A stretch of 64,000 nucleotides of DNA from Octopus sinensis (Eukaryota). This document shows positions 22,796 to 36,926 of this stretch, in pieces (within the stretch, counting starts at the first letter, position 1; each line of letters starts with the position of its first letter). The stretch covers positions 11,656,001-11,720,000 of the forward strand of contig NC_042999.1 of assembly GCF_006345805.1 (NCBI RefSeq). The letters are read 5' to 3'. Made by a program: the position numbers and the translations under genes. The notes below the pieces were generated by a model. The model had not been told where the DNA came from. It worked only from the letters and a program-made list of their open reading frames with translations, and did not search any database.

Positions 22796-23783
22796 AGAAT
22801 GTCCTTCATGCAAAATAATGTTTCCTCTGACTTTTTTGAAATTTTCTGTAGGAACCCAAATGTTCTAAGGGCCATTTTTTTTTATTTACTGTGAGAATTG
22901 AAACAGAGATAATGAAAGGGTTTAATCGTTAATTCCATTGCTCACTGCCCTCAGGTGTACCAAAATAGTATGGAATAATCATTCTTTCTAATTTGGGGCC
23001 AGAGCCAGTCATTTTGAGGGGAGGGGCAAGTCAATTACATCAACCCCAGTGCTCAACTGGTACTTTATTTTATCAACCCCTGAGAGATGAAAAGTAAAGT
23101 TGACCTTGCTGGGATTGGAACTCAAACCACAACGAGGCAAAAGAAACATCACTAAAGCATTTCACCCAGCAACATAAATCTTCTGCCAGGTTGCTTCGTT
23201 AGGCATAAAAGCAGCAATTTTAAGGGGGAGGGTGTCAGTCCATTATTTTGACTAGCCAGTAATTGACTGGTACTTTGTTTTATTGACCCTGGAGGGAGGA
23301 AAAGCAAAACTGGCTTTGGTAGGATTTGAACTCAGAACATAAAGATCTGGAATAAATACCATAAGACATTTGTTTCCAATGCTCAGCCTGTTCTGCCACC
23401 TGAAGTCTTCTTTTCGATCAGCGACCTTGTTTGCTGGTCATTGACCTCATATCTATATCAATAATGTAATGTTATCCATCAGTTTACCGGTGACTCTGAT
23501 CTAAGGATGATATCAATCACTTCACTGATTATTTAACCTGCACTTCTCACTTGTTCTACATCACTATTATCAAAGAAACAACTAAAAATGTGATTTTTTT
23601 TATCGTATTTTTATTGAATGTTTCTATTTTATTTTTGTCCACTTCGATATTTGACGAGAATAAACATGTTGTATAAAACTGTCCTGTAATTTATAAACTC
23701 AACTGGCAATACCCATGACATCTAAAAATACAGGTTATACAGCTAAACATGGGACACATACACACCACACACACATATATATA

Positions 23784-23818
<35 letters not shown>

Positions 23819-23859
23819 TACATATGTATAGTATATATATTATATATATACATACATAT

Positions 23860-23902
<43 letters not shown>

Positions 23903-24049
23903 TATACATACATATTACATTAACCCCAGAACTTTTATCAAACCCTATTTATTGAATTGCTAAGTTACAGAACATCTCTTCCTCTCTCTCTCTCTCTCTC
24001 TCTGTCCTATTAAGGTAGCCACATATCTTCTTTACTGCAAGACACCCTA

Positions 24050-24790
24050 TTCAAACTCTCACCTCTCACCTGATACAAAGCTGACTTCCTCAACACTACC
24101 CCCCTCACTCTCGTACAGAGGCTCAACCATTGAAAACTTTAGATTGATCAAAATTGATCAGTGCCCCACCCTTTCTAGGATCATGAGCCACTTTCTTTAT
24201 GATGTATCACAGAATTATGGGCCTAAATTTATCAATACAGCCCCTTTCCTACCTCCTTGTTCAGATTTTTCTCAGCAATGTCACCACTTCTCAGCTCACA
24301 AAACTGGGAATTCTCCCATTTTTTACCAGTCGCAGTAAACATTTGCCAAAAGGACAATCAAAAACATTTTGCATGTAAGCATAAAGCTCATAGAGTACGC
24401 CATCCAAACCAGGCGATTTAGCCCTCATGCCATTAAACATTGCTTCTCATATTTCAGCAACTATTATTGGCTTCTTGCAATGTTCCACCTCCATTGTAGA
24501 GAGTCACAGCAGTCAATCAAAGTAGGAAATGAAGTCCATCCTGCAATTTGGCTCACTAATACTTCCAAACAGTCAACCAAATTGCTGTTGAAAAGCAGCA
24601 CACATCTGTTGGGGATCAAGTATTGTGTGCCCATCATGGTCCCATAAAGACTGGATTGAGGTTTTATTGCCACACTGTGCCTCTGCCACTTGGGTCTACT
24701 GAATGGCTTTTGTCCCTTTATGTCTAAGAGAACATGCCATAGCTTTAACAACACAGCCTTCATGTTTCATGCTGAAGAATTGGTCAAGTG
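24050..24790 (-). mobile_element. Tx1/L1-clade LINE RT fragment, highly degenerate
   Basis: Minus-strand translation gives AKSPGLDGVLYELY, KNGRIPSFV, GGALINFDQSKVF; homologous to the element at 49.6-52.0k. Confidence 0.65.
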
Positions 24791-24924
24791 CCAATTTTAG
24801 CCAGCACATCAGTCACAATGCCTTTTCTAAATATCTCATCTAACTTCCCAACCACATGGTTCTGGGTTCAATCCCACTGCATGGCACCTTTGGCAAGTGT
24901 CTTCTATTATAGCCTTGGGCCAAC

Positions 24925-27605
24925 TTCAATGGACATGTTGGACAACATGCAGGGGGCTTCCATGGCATACATGGAGGCTATGGTTTTGGTTCCCACAATG
25001 AGGAAGGAACCAGGCTGCTGGAGTTCTGCGATGCAAATGAGTTTATGGTTTGTAATACTAACTTCAGGAAACTTGCCAGTCACCTAGTCACCTACTGTTC
25101 TGGCAGACACACTAGTCAAATTGACTACATCCTCACCAGAAAAAGGGAAAGATGGCTGCTTATAAATGCCAAAAACCTTCCAAGGCGAAGAATGTACCCC
25201 ACAATATAGACTAGTAGTTGGCGGCTTCAGGATCAGGGCTAAATGGATGTCCAGAAGACAACCAGCATGGAGGAGAAGGGTCTGGAAGCTTAAATGAGGC
25301 TGCAAAGAGAGAGGTTTGGAGACACCACTATGAAAGGTTGCTCAATAAAGAGAATGAATGGGAGAAAGAGAGTCTGCCGAATGTCGACCCAACAGAAGGA
25401 CCAGCTATCCGAGTTGGCAGTACCTTGGTAGATAAAGCAATTAAGGGTATGAAGAGAGGGAAAGCCCCCGGCCCATCAGGAATCACCGCAGAGATGCTCA
25501 AATATCTGGTGGTGTCAGCTATAGCTTAGTCATCCATATAGTTAACCAGGTGATACACGAAGGAGTCATACCCAATGACTGGTGTAGCAGCACCATAATC
25601 AAATGCTACAAAGGTAAAGGTGACGCTTTAGATACAAATAATTACAGAGGTATCAAGCTGTTGGATCAGGTAATGAAGGTCACGGAGAGGGTCATAGCCC
25701 AGCAGTTTGGGTTCGTGCCAGGGAAAAGCACCAGTGATGCTATATTTCTAGTAAGACAGCTGCAGTAGAAATACCTAGCCAAAGATAAACCTCTGTACCT
25801 GGCTTTCATTGACATGGAGAAAGCCTTTGACAGGGTCCTCCGATCCCTTATCTAGTGGTCACTGAGGAAACTAGGGATAGATGAATGGCTAATGAGAGCT
25901 GTGCAAGCCATGTACAGGGATGCTGTCAGTAAGGTGAGGGTTGGCAACAAGTACAATGAAGAATTCCAGGTAGAGGTAGGGGTCCACCAAGGTTCAGGCC
26001 TCAGTCTCCTCCTATTTATCATAGTCCTCCAGGCAATAACAGAGGAATTCAAGACAGGATGCCCCTGGGAGCTCCTCTATGCTGATGACCTTGCTCTAAT
26101 TGCACTATCAGAACTAGAGGAAAAGTTTCAGGTGTGGAAACAAAGATTAGAATTGAAGAACCTTAGAGTCAGCCTAGCTAAAACTAAAGTCTTAATAAGT
26201 AGGAAGGTGGACAAACCCCAAATCCCTTCAGGTAGATGGTCCTGCTTGATCTGTAGAAAAGGTGTAGGTAGAAACTCCATAAGATATACCCAGTGTAAGC
26301 TATGGACACACGAGGTGCAGCAATATCAAAGGAAGGCTAACTGGGAAGATAGTTTTTGTATGTGGCAGATGCTCAGGAGCAATGAATACAGAAAATGTGC
26401 AGAGAAGTAGTTGATAGTTTCCGTTACCTAGGGGACCAAGTCAATAGCAGGGGTGGATGCTCTGAAAGTGTAGCTGCTGGAATAAGAATAGCCTGGGCAA
26501 AGTTCAGAGAGCTCTTACCTTTGCTGGTAACAAAGGGCCTCTCACTTAGAGTAAAAGGTAGTCTGTATGACGCATGTGTGCAAACAGCCATGCTACATGG
26601 CAGTGAAACATGGGCCATGAATGTTGAGGACTTGCAGGCAATGAAGCCAGTATGCTCTGCTGGATGTGTAATGTCAGTGTGCATACTCAACAGAGTGTTA
26701 CTATCTTGAGAGAAAAGTTGGATCTAAGAAGCATCAGCTGTGGTGTGCAAGAGAGACGACTGCACTGATATGGTCATGTGTTGCGAATGAATGAGAACAG
26801 TGGTATGAAAAAGTGTCACACCCTAGCAATTGAGGGAACCTGTGGAAGAAGTAGACCCAGGAAAACCTGGGATGAGGTGGTAAAGCACGACCTTCAAACA
26901 TTAGGCCTTACCGAGACAATGACTAGTGACCGGGACCTTTGGAGATATGCTATGCTTGAGAAAACCCAACAAGCCAAGTGAGACCATAGCCCATGGCCTA
27001 TGCCAGTGGGTGTAACCAGCCCATTTATGAATACCCCTCATTCATTGGACAATCAACCTTGCTTCTGAAGACCTATTGAGGCAAGTGAAATCAAAATCAA
27101 AATCAGAATTGTTGACGTGGCCAATGACAGTACTGCCTGATTGGCACTCATGCCAGTGGGACATTAAAAGCACATTCAAACATGGGGTGTAACCAGGCCA
27201 CTTATGAATACCCCTCATTCATTGGACAAAGAACTTTGCTTGCAAAGACCTATTGAGGCAAGTGTAAACAAACCAAAATCGCTGACGTGGCTGATGACAG
27301 TACCACCTGATTGGCACTTGTGCCAGTGAAACATTAAAAGCACATCCAAACGTGATCATTGCCAGGGCCATGGATTGGCTCCTGTGCCGGTGACATGTGA
27401 AAAGCACCATTCCAGCATGATCGTTGCCAGTGTCGCCTTATTGGCACATGAAAAACAACATTCGAGCATGGTCGTTGCCAGTGCCGCTAGACTGGCCCTC
27501 ATGCCGGTGGCACGTAAAAAGCACCCACTACACTCTTGGAGTGGTTGTCATTAGGAAGAGCATCCAGCTGTAGAAACTCTACCAGATCACATTGGAGCCT
27601 GGTGC
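24925..27605 (+). mobile_element. RTE LINE, APE C-terminal half + RT + 3'UTR, frameshifted
   Basis: NGHVG...GYGFG..NEEG..LLEFC, SQIDYIL, GKAPGPSGITAEML, NYRGIKLL, QFGFVPGKST.DAIF, GVHQGS.LS.LLF, LLYADDL, GRSRPRKTW. Confidence 0.92.
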
Positions 27606-27681
27606 TCCCCTTTAGACTTAAAAACTGTATTCAGTAATTTGCACAAAGACTTTCAAATATATATACATACATATATGTATG

Positions 27682-27721
<40 letters not shown>

Positions 27722-28379
27722 CAAAAAATGGAATATGGAAGTAACAGACAACAATACAAAAACATACGGACAGATAGATGATACAAAGACAGGAAAAACC
27801 AGGATGGAACGTTCATGGCTTTCTTTCATCAGTCAAGCTTCCAATCATCATTACAGTTTCAGCCTGTTACACTTGAGACCGTTCAAAACTGGTAGGCCCC
27901 AAAAATCTAAGCTAAGAGCATTAAATTTTGGGAAGAAAGCAAGCAAATATGTGTGACAACACACAGACACAAAAAAAAAAGAATGAGAAAACAGAAAATG
28001 TTACACGATAACAAATACAACACAAGAAGAACACATACACACAGCCATCAGTGTATCACATGAAATAAAGCAATGTTTACACAGGCTGCCAGCTAATTGC
28101 AATGTCTGTGATATTTCAATGACTCTTAGCAGTTAATTTTGGCTTAGCCTGCAGTTGCTGGTGGATACTCAACCCAAAGAGGTGGAAATGTCACCACCGT
28201 TGCCTGACGATTTTCAACTGCTACTCATATATTCCTGTGTTTTTAACACTAAACATCCCTAAGAAATACAATCTTGAAATGAATTTCACAGTTAATTAGG
28301 CTATCAATGTTGTATATGCTGTAAGTATGATACGTAGATGGCTGCGTTAAAGTAATACTGCTTTTGTTACCCATATATC

Positions 28380-28820
28380 TCATCATCATCATCATTATCT
28401 TCATATAACGTCCGCTTTCCATGCTAGCATGGGTTGGATGGTTTGACTGGGGTCTGGGAAGCCAGGAGGCTGCACCAGGCTCCAGTTTGATCTGGCAGTG
28501 TTTCTACAGCTGGATGCCCTTCCTAATGCCAACCACTCCGTGAGTGTAGTGGGTACTTTTTACGTGCCAGGGGAGTCTGGCAATGGCCATGATCGGTTGG
28601 TGCTTTTTATGTGCCACCGGCATGGAGGCCAGACAAGGCGGCGCTGGCAACGGCCACATTCGGATGGTTCCTTTACGTGCCACTGGCACTGGTATCACAA
28701 CTACAATTTCCATTGATTTTTGATCGATTTCGATTTCACTTGCCTCAACAGGTCTTCACAAGCAGAGTTTTGTGTCCAAAGAAGGAAAGGTAGGCATAAG
28801 TGGACTGGCTACATCCCAAA
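28380..28820 (-). mobile_element. RTE LINE 3'UTR fragment
   Basis: (CAT)n...AACGTCCGCTTTCCATGCTAGCATGGGTTGGA...CACTTGCCTCAACAGGTCTTCACAAG, as in the other RTE copies. Confidence 0.8.
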
Positions 28821-29231
28821 AGGTAGCTCTCCATCATTTATGACAACAAGTGTCACAGTTGTTCCCATCAACAGAAAAGACTGCTCGTGAAATTAGTGTG
28901 CAAGTGGCTGAGTGTTCCACGGATACACGTACCCTTAAAGTAGTTCTGAGGGAGATTGAGTGTGACATAGAAAGGGACAAGGCTGGCCCCCTTTCAATTA
29001 CAGGTACAATTCATTCTGCCATCTGAGTGGACTGGAGCAATGTGGAATACAGTGTCTTGCTCAAGGATTCAATGTTCTGCTGGATATTGAACTCATGACT
29101 TTATGATCCAAATACCCCTAACCCCTAACCCATGCTGCCTTTACGTATGCGATGTGTGTGTGTGTGTGTGCATATTCTTTTACTAGTTTTAGTCATTTGA
29201 CTGTGGCCATGCTGGAGCACATATACATATA

Positions 29232-29863
29232 TATACTAGACTACCCATGACCCATTGGGTTACCGGGGAAGTCTGAATTTCCTAGCCACAGAGTTTTGTT
29301 TCATGGGTCTTTTTTTCTTTTCCATGTTATTTCGAATGCTTTCAACATCGAAATCACATGTAAATGGCCCCTTTCCCCAGGAAAGGAAAGATTTGGCTGC
29401 TATTTCTTGCATAACAGGTATTTTGGGTCCTTTATCGCAAATAACTGTTACATGGTAGCAGGGCATGCTAGAAATATCAGCCAAATCTTTGGAGGTGAGA
29501 TGCATTTAATGCACTTGAAAGATACCTATGGGAAAAGCTATTTCACACGGAGGTCATGGATGGATCATTTTCACTTAAAAATATTTTGCCCATCATAATG
29601 TGTCTAATGGAAAGGTTAGAGTTTCTTCCCTTTCAGGGTTAAGTTATTTTTGGAGTATTTTCTCATTTGTACCATTTTGGGTATTTATACCCCAAAACCC
29701 TGAATATCTCAACTACTGGCCCAATTTCTATGAAACTTGTTTTATTCCGTTCGTATTCACATTTCAGGGGCACTTTACTTTCAAAGTATTTTCCCATTAT
29801 GCACCAGTTTCATTGTGTAACATTGCAAGCAAGATTGAATTTCACTTTTAATGTATTATATAT

Positions 29864-29870
<7 letters not shown>
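29232..29870. mobile_element. Possible Helitron/Helentron-type non-autonomous element
   Basis: Starts TACTAG with a sub-terminal near-palindrome (CCCATGACCCATTGGG) and contains AACTACTGGCCCAATTTCTATGAAACTT, a motif style I associate with DINE/HINE-like repeats; flanked by (TA)n. Classification is inference. Confidence 0.3.
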
Positions 29871-29939
<69 letters not shown>

Positions 29940-31788
29940 TATATATATATAACTATTGGTGGGAGGGTCCAAATCCAGTTAGACCAGGCCTTAGAACTAT
30001 CTCTCCGATGACTGTATACCCAGCTCTCTCTCTCTCTCTCTTTATATATACTCTTCAAAACTTGCACTAAGAATAAGGACAAGGTAAAATTACCACCTGC
30101 TTTTATAGAAAATTGATGCACATAGTTTATCCCGTGCCCCTCCAACCTTTAGCTCGTGCAACTGATGAAAAAAACCACATTACTTATGGGATGACCCAAT
30201 ACATATAGATAAACAACAACTTTCTTTATTGAAGTACAAATGGGAGTAATTTGGAGAAACATTACTTTCATTATTCACACTTCATCATTCTCTCGTAATG
30301 CAATACTTTCTAATTTTGGTTGAAATTGAAAGTTTGAAACTACTTTCACTTTCAAATGACTAAAGCTGGTTGTTGAAATAATGGAGAAAATATGTAAATG
30401 AAAATAAAGTTTATTTGGTAACCAAACCATTATTGACTATTTTGATACCCCATACGTCAAAACCAGCAACTCAGTTTTCGAATATATAAGGAACATACAC
30501 ACATACAAACTCTCTTAAATATATATATAGATACATCCACTAAATTACTATGTATTTTTTAATTCATTTTGAAAGCATCAATGATGGGGGGGGGGGGAAC
30601 AGGGCTTTCATAAAACAACTATTTTCAAGTGTTCTTGTTATTGTTTGAACCAAAAGCCAGCTGTGATTGAACTGACCAATGATGGGAAACAACTAAAACA
30701 TGAACTTTCTCTCTTAGAACACAGCTTAACAAGAAGTGTTTTTTTTTTTACCTAAACTTATGATGGTCAGATTTAATTTTTACAGAAATTGACATTTATT
30801 AAAGTGTCCATTTTATTATTATTTACATTAATATTCAGAAGACCCCCAAGGAAATCTCAGGCAGGTTGTTATCATAAGGGTTAACAATTGGGGTAAAAAT
30901 ATCTGGACGTAAATGAATACTGGGAAGGGAGGCTGTCCTATGGATCCCTTTCATTCCTTACCTTCAAGCCTCAGTCGGCCAGCTGCGACTTACAAACGTG
31001 TCACCGTCATTTCTAATTTTTGTCTCTATGTCAACATAATATGAAATAAGAAATAAAACCCCCAATTCAGTCATTGTTGATACATTTTCCTATTGTTCTT
31101 TTTGTTATTTTGTTTGTGTGTGTGTGTGTGTGTATCTTCATGTCTGAATTTGTCAAGAGGAGTGTGTGTGTGTGTGTGTGTGGAGATGGGTAGGGAGGGA
31201 GGGGGGTCATTCTTGACAGATGAATTTGCCGGGCACAAAAATGGGGTACGATGTTGGTAGGGTACCCTCTTCCCTACTTCCTCACATTCAAGTCAGTTAT
31301 TCAGGGTTGTTTCGATGAATGTCTAACAGCTGTTAAAGACAGAAGGGGAAGGGAATGGCGGCGGCAATAAAAGGTGATGGCAGCCGGAGGAGGAGGAAGA
31401 GGAGGAGAGCCACAGAGAAAGCAGTTATGAAGAAGAGGAACGGCGGCGGCGGCGGCGATGGTGGTGGTGGTGGTGGTGGAGGCTGAGGTGAAGAAGCATC
31501 GTAATAGTGGTGGTGGCAGTGGTGGAGGAGCGAAGAGCATCGCGGGGGGTGGGAGGGGGGGTTGAACGAGTAAATTTTTTCAGTTTTTGCTTGTTATAAA
31601 TATCAGATACGTTGTTTTATGCTTTGTAAAGAATATCTTTTGGTTGACATTTCCTGCATCAAACTGCTTAAGATTTCCAGAAATGTCAAAAGGCGCGTAA
31701 GAAAACGGAAATACATCTATAATATTCACACGCATACACATACACACACTCACACTTACCTACGCAAACACGTTCAACGCAAATAGTG

Positions 31789-31856
<68 letters not shown>

Positions 31857-32013
31857 GTATATATATGTATGTGTGTATATGTATGTATGTATGTATATAT
31901 ATGTGTGTGTGTATGTGTATGTATATGTATATATATATATTTGAAATATACATATAAAAGTTTTTTATGTATGTATATATATAGAGAGAGAGAAAGAGAG
32001 AGAGAGAGATCGG

Positions 32014-32058
<45 letters not shown>

Positions 32059-32102
32059 TATATATATATATATATAATATATATAGATGTATATATGTAT
32101 GC

Positions 32103-32146
<44 letters not shown>

Positions 32147-32802
32147 TAATGTGTGTGTCTATATGTATGTATGTATATTTATGTATGTATGTAAGTGTGT
32201 GTGTACACACACAACTACACATACACACCTATATATATATATATATACACCCACATACAACCACTTTCAATTGGTTAATATGTTAATTAAGGTATTTTTA
32301 ATTAACCTCAAATGAAATTTGAAATATACATCTACACAGGCATACTAATAAGTTTCATTTGAAGTTAATTGTGAAACATCATATCTAATTAATTGCTCTG
32401 ACTCTTGGTCTTTTGAATTCAAATCGTATGGAAGCCAAATTTTTACTTTTCGTCTTTTTAGGGTTGATGTGTGTGTGTGTGTGTGTGTCCCACCACCTCT
32501 TGGCAACCGGTGCTAGTGTGTTTACATCCCTGCAACTTAGCAGTTCGGAAATAGAGACCGATAGAATAAGTACCAGGCTATTTAAAAAATAGTACAGGGA
32601 TCAATTCATTTGACTAAAATTCTTTGAGGCGGTGCCCCAGCATGGCCACAGTCTAATGACTGAAACAAGTAAAAGATAGGTGTGAGTGTGGGTGTGTGTT
32701 GTGCTACTGCATCTATCACCATTGTAATTGATCTCTCTCCCTCCCTCACTTTCCATCACCCTTTCCTCCCTCCCTCTCTCTCACTCTTTGTATAAATGCT
32801 TA

Positions 32803-34106
32803 CAGGGATCAGAAGAACATCTGAAACACTTTGTTAAATAGAATTCTTTAATACTTAAAACCGAATTACAACCGATGTCGACTTTGCCTTTTGTCCTTTC
32901 AGAGTGAATACAATAAGACCCAGCTTATATCGAACCCCTCCATAAAAGTTTTGGGCTTTGTGCCTAATAATTATTCACTCCCAAGATGGTCCACCTTGCA
33001 ATCAGCCCGAGCTTTAATATATTCAGGAATTGACTTTAATATTTTCAGGTTTTCAATGCTTTCGATGAGGATTTTGAGCTGTCGTAAAAGCTTCTTTCAG
33101 CGATGATGGTGGATGGAAGTGGTTCATCATTTGCTGCACCAAAACACACCATAAATGTTCGATTCTATTGGGATCCAGTGATTGTGAGGACCAATCCCAG
33201 TGGTATCCCTCACTTTTGCACTCATCTTAACGATTTTGAATAATATTATCTGAGTGAATCAGTGTGTTACCATCCCGGAAGATCGCACTACTATCAAGGA
33301 ACATTGTTTGTACCAGCGACTAAAGGACCGAGTGAACTCTATGATATGGCTGCTGAAATCATCACAGAGCCACCCTATGCTCACGACAGGGACCAAACAA
33401 TTAGGGTTGAAGGTTCTTTGGTCTGTCTCTAGACATAAAGTCACCTCAAAGTGGGAAAAAGAGTGAATGATGATTCTTCAGCAGAACATGGCATTGTTCC
33501 ATTGCACCATTGACTGCATCTGATTGTCTAAACGCCATTGTTTCCTGCTTATCAGGAGAGTTTTAGCAATTACAGCCCTCCCATGGAGTCCAATTTTATG
33601 AAGATTGCAATGAATGCTTTTGATCAACAAACGGTTGGCAAAACGGTGCTTTAGCTTTGCTCTCACTTTAGCTGCTGCTGTTTTTTGACACATGCATTTT
33701 GTTATTCTGCAATTCCTCTCTGTGAGCTTTGCTTTCCACCCAGAATCATGATTTCTAGAGCTGATTTTACCTTGGTTTTGGAATGCCAAACTGATTTTAG
33801 AGACTGTATTTCTCATGACATCAAACAATTCAGTGACTGAAGCTCTGGTCATTTGTGCTCTAACAATTTGTTCTCTTCAAAAAATCAGATATATCGCACA
33901 TTTTAACTTATTTAAAAATAAATACCCGCTAAAACAGCGGAAAAGACTGGGTTCTATTGCAAAGTACAAGGCATGCAAAGTACAAGGCATGCGAAGTACA
34001 AGGCATGTATATGCAGACTAGAACAGTTTTGAACGGATCATTATGAGTTAAATAAAAAAAATAGAGTTAAATAAAAAGTTGTTTCCATTATTTTGTCTAA
34101 CCCCTG
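32803..34106 (-). mobile_element. Tc1-like DNA transposon, degenerate
   Basis: N-terminal fragment 33478-33852 (RNTVSKI...SGWKAKLTER...IGLHGRAVIAKTLL), downstream EESSFTLFP...GGSVMI; TIR CAGGGGTTAGACAAAATAAT at 34106, degenerate partner at 32803, TA flanks. Confidence 0.75.
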
Positions 34107-34451
34107 TACCCACCCACACACACACACACACACACTAAAGTAAGAGTGGGAACAGTCATCAGAAATTCCTTCATTGGGTTAATCATCTGTTAAAATTTTA
34201 GATAAAAATCATTGAATTTGTTTTTCCTTTAAATGTATTTATTTAAATTTCTCTCATTCCCCACCCAAACACACGAAAATAAAAGTCTGCAGAGGAACAG
34301 AACATAAAACAAAAGTAAAATACTTCAAGTTACACTTTTAATGCAACACATTTGACAACTAAATTTAAATGTCATTAAAAATAGAGTCAAGCTTTGTACA
34401 ATTTGTAAATTATTTTCATTAAAACTACAATTCTCTTAGAATCACAACTGC

Positions 34452-34838
34452 ATCATCATCATCATCGTCATCATCTTCATTTAACGTCCACTTTTCCAAG
34501 CTTGCATGGCTTGGATGGAATTCGTTGGTGCAACTGTTCTATGGCCAGATGCCGTTCCAGTTGCCTCCTCGTCTGTTTTGAAGCAAAATAATATTTCTCT
34601 TTGGCCAGACATGTTTACGCAGAATATTGTATGACGGTGACGCTTGTTTGTAACCATCACGAGATGTCGAGACGAGAGTGTGTGCATGCGCTTCCTCAGT
34701 TTACGTCTACCAAATTCATTCACGCACCATGCTGTGGTCAACACTGGGCGATAGTAGGAGACACTTGCCCAAGGTGCCACTCAGTGGGACTGAAGACAAG
34801 ACCACATGGTTGGGAAGAAGCCAACTTCTTAACCACAC
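34452..34838 (-). mobile_element. Full SINE family A with RTE-derived tail
   Basis: Same architecture as 15653-16085, on the opposite strand. Confidence 0.7.
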
Positions 34839-36810
34839 AAACCCTAAACCAATCAAACATTTCAAAGAGAAAAAAAATCTAATCTCTTTCACTCTTTAAT
34901 CTGTCTTTTACTTTCTCTCTCTCTCTCTTTCTCTTCTCTCTGCCCCTGTCTCTTTCTCTCTCTTACCCCCTAATCTATTTATCTCCCTCCCTCTCCTCTC
35001 CCCATCTCTTACCCTTCTCCCCCTCCCCTCTCTTTCTAATTAACGTTTATCACCTAATCTCTTCTTCATCTTCATCTTCTTCTTCATCTTCTTCATCTTC
35101 TTCTTCTTCATTTTCTTCATCTTCTTCATCTTCTTCTTCTTCTTCCTGGGTGTAACACTTTTCAACTTTAAACATTTGATGTTCTTTGATTTTAATTATT
35201 TTGTCTTTTATTCGTTTCTGTTGTTCTTGTTTTCTTTTTGACTTTTCACTATTCATTGTGATTCATTATTATACAAACCGGTGCTCCAGCTTGGCTCCAG
35301 TCCAATGGCTGAAGCAAATTGACAGTTGACATTTTTTTTACCATTTTGTTCAAAAGAACGGTCATAATCTTGACCCTTTATAGGGGTTCTGAGAGTTTTG
35401 GGAAGAAGAAAGGAAGTTAACCTCAAATTGGGGAAACGACCCCTAATGCTGAAGACTCCCCAGGGACAATATGAGGGGTTAAACAGGGTAAATGATTTAG
35501 TCTACTCTTCTTGTGCGTAAGCCACGGAAGGATTTGAACTCAGAATGCAATGACCCAAAACAAATAAATACCACAAGGTATCAGCTCTTTTCATAGTTTG
35601 ATAATTCTGAAAGTCCCTTAACCTGAATGGAATTTTATTTATTGACCATGAAGCGTGAAAAGAAAACGAAACCTCTATGGGATTTGAACCCAAAATGACA
35701 TGGATTCTTCTCTTAGAAATAGAAAAGTATTAATGCTGTTTGGCCTTAATCTGTCATCCTCAACCATTTATGGCTCAATGCCTTTTATCTGTACATGCAT
35801 TTTACAAACGTTCCTCTCCATGTTTGCCTCCCACTGCCAAAATTTTAAAAAAATTTTAAATCAACACATTTTGCCCTTTGGTTTCCCATCGATTGTGCGT
35901 CTGCTTTCTGATGACCCAATCCCCTCCAGAACATGATTGATTCTTTATTTTGTCGATCTCGAAAGGATGAAAAGCAAAATCGACTTCCGTGAGACTTCGA
36001 AATGAGTCGGAAGAAATGCCGGCAGACATGCAAAATAATAATATATGCCTTTTAGAAAAGGTATGAACACCACAACGCAACGTCGGTCTTTTGTACAATC
36101 TGAAGCTTGCATGATTACGTAAGAATTTACACACACGTACACAGACACACACAGGCACACACGCGCTCATATATACGCAGATACACAGAGACATTCACAG
36201 ATGGAAAGAGATAGTAAACAATTGTGAATGCATGTATGTATGTATGTGTGTGTGTGTATACGTATGTATGTGTGTGTATGTATGTGTGTGTGTGTATGTA
36301 TGTATGTGTGTGTGTATGTATGTGTGTGTGTATGTGTGTATACATGTATGTATGTCTATGTATGTCTGTATGTATGTATGTGTATGTATGTATATGTGTG
36401 TGTGTGTGTTTATTTTCGTATGTGTGTATTAGCGTAACAATTTGCCAGCCATATGTTTAAAAAGCTAGCAAATTGCTCTTGAGCTAAGTTGTAGGTCATC
36501 AGAGAAACCCTCTCAAGATCCTCCTCTAAAATATTTAATGACTTTTAAATCTGTATTTCACCTTTCTCTCTTCTGTTCGCAACTAAAAGCAAATCATCTC
36601 AGCTTGTGACGACCCGATGCACCCACTGCATATGTTTCTAACCTATGCCACTTCCTCCTCCTCCTCGCACAAACTCACTCAACAACAAGGAACTCGGCAT
36701 CAAAAGCCCAAATGTTAACCACCGACTCTCCCCTCCTCCTCCTCCTCCTTTCGTTTATTTATCTTTCTTTTCCTTTTTCTGTTTCTCAACTTAGTGACTG
36801 CTTATTTTCC

Positions 36811-36926
36811 CTTCTTCTTCTTCTTCTTCTTCTTCTTCTTCTTCTTCTTCTTCTTCTTCTTCTTCTTCTTCTTCTTCTTCTACCTCTTCTTCTTCTTCTT
36901 CTTCTTCTTCTTCTTCTTCTTCTTCA
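36811..36926. repeat. (CTT)n trinucleotide microsatellite
   Basis: Direct; source of the poly-F and poly-L ORFs. Confidence 0.95.

Noticed and set aside
31355-31486. 43-aa basic/Gly-rich ORF MAAAIKGDGSRRRRKRRR...
   Set aside because: Composition follows from AGG/GGC/GGT simple repeats; no splice or homology support.
35050-35256. Acidic poly-Glu/Asp ORF on minus strand
   Set aside because: Explained by a degenerate (GAA/GAT)n tract; no recognisable domain or splice signals.
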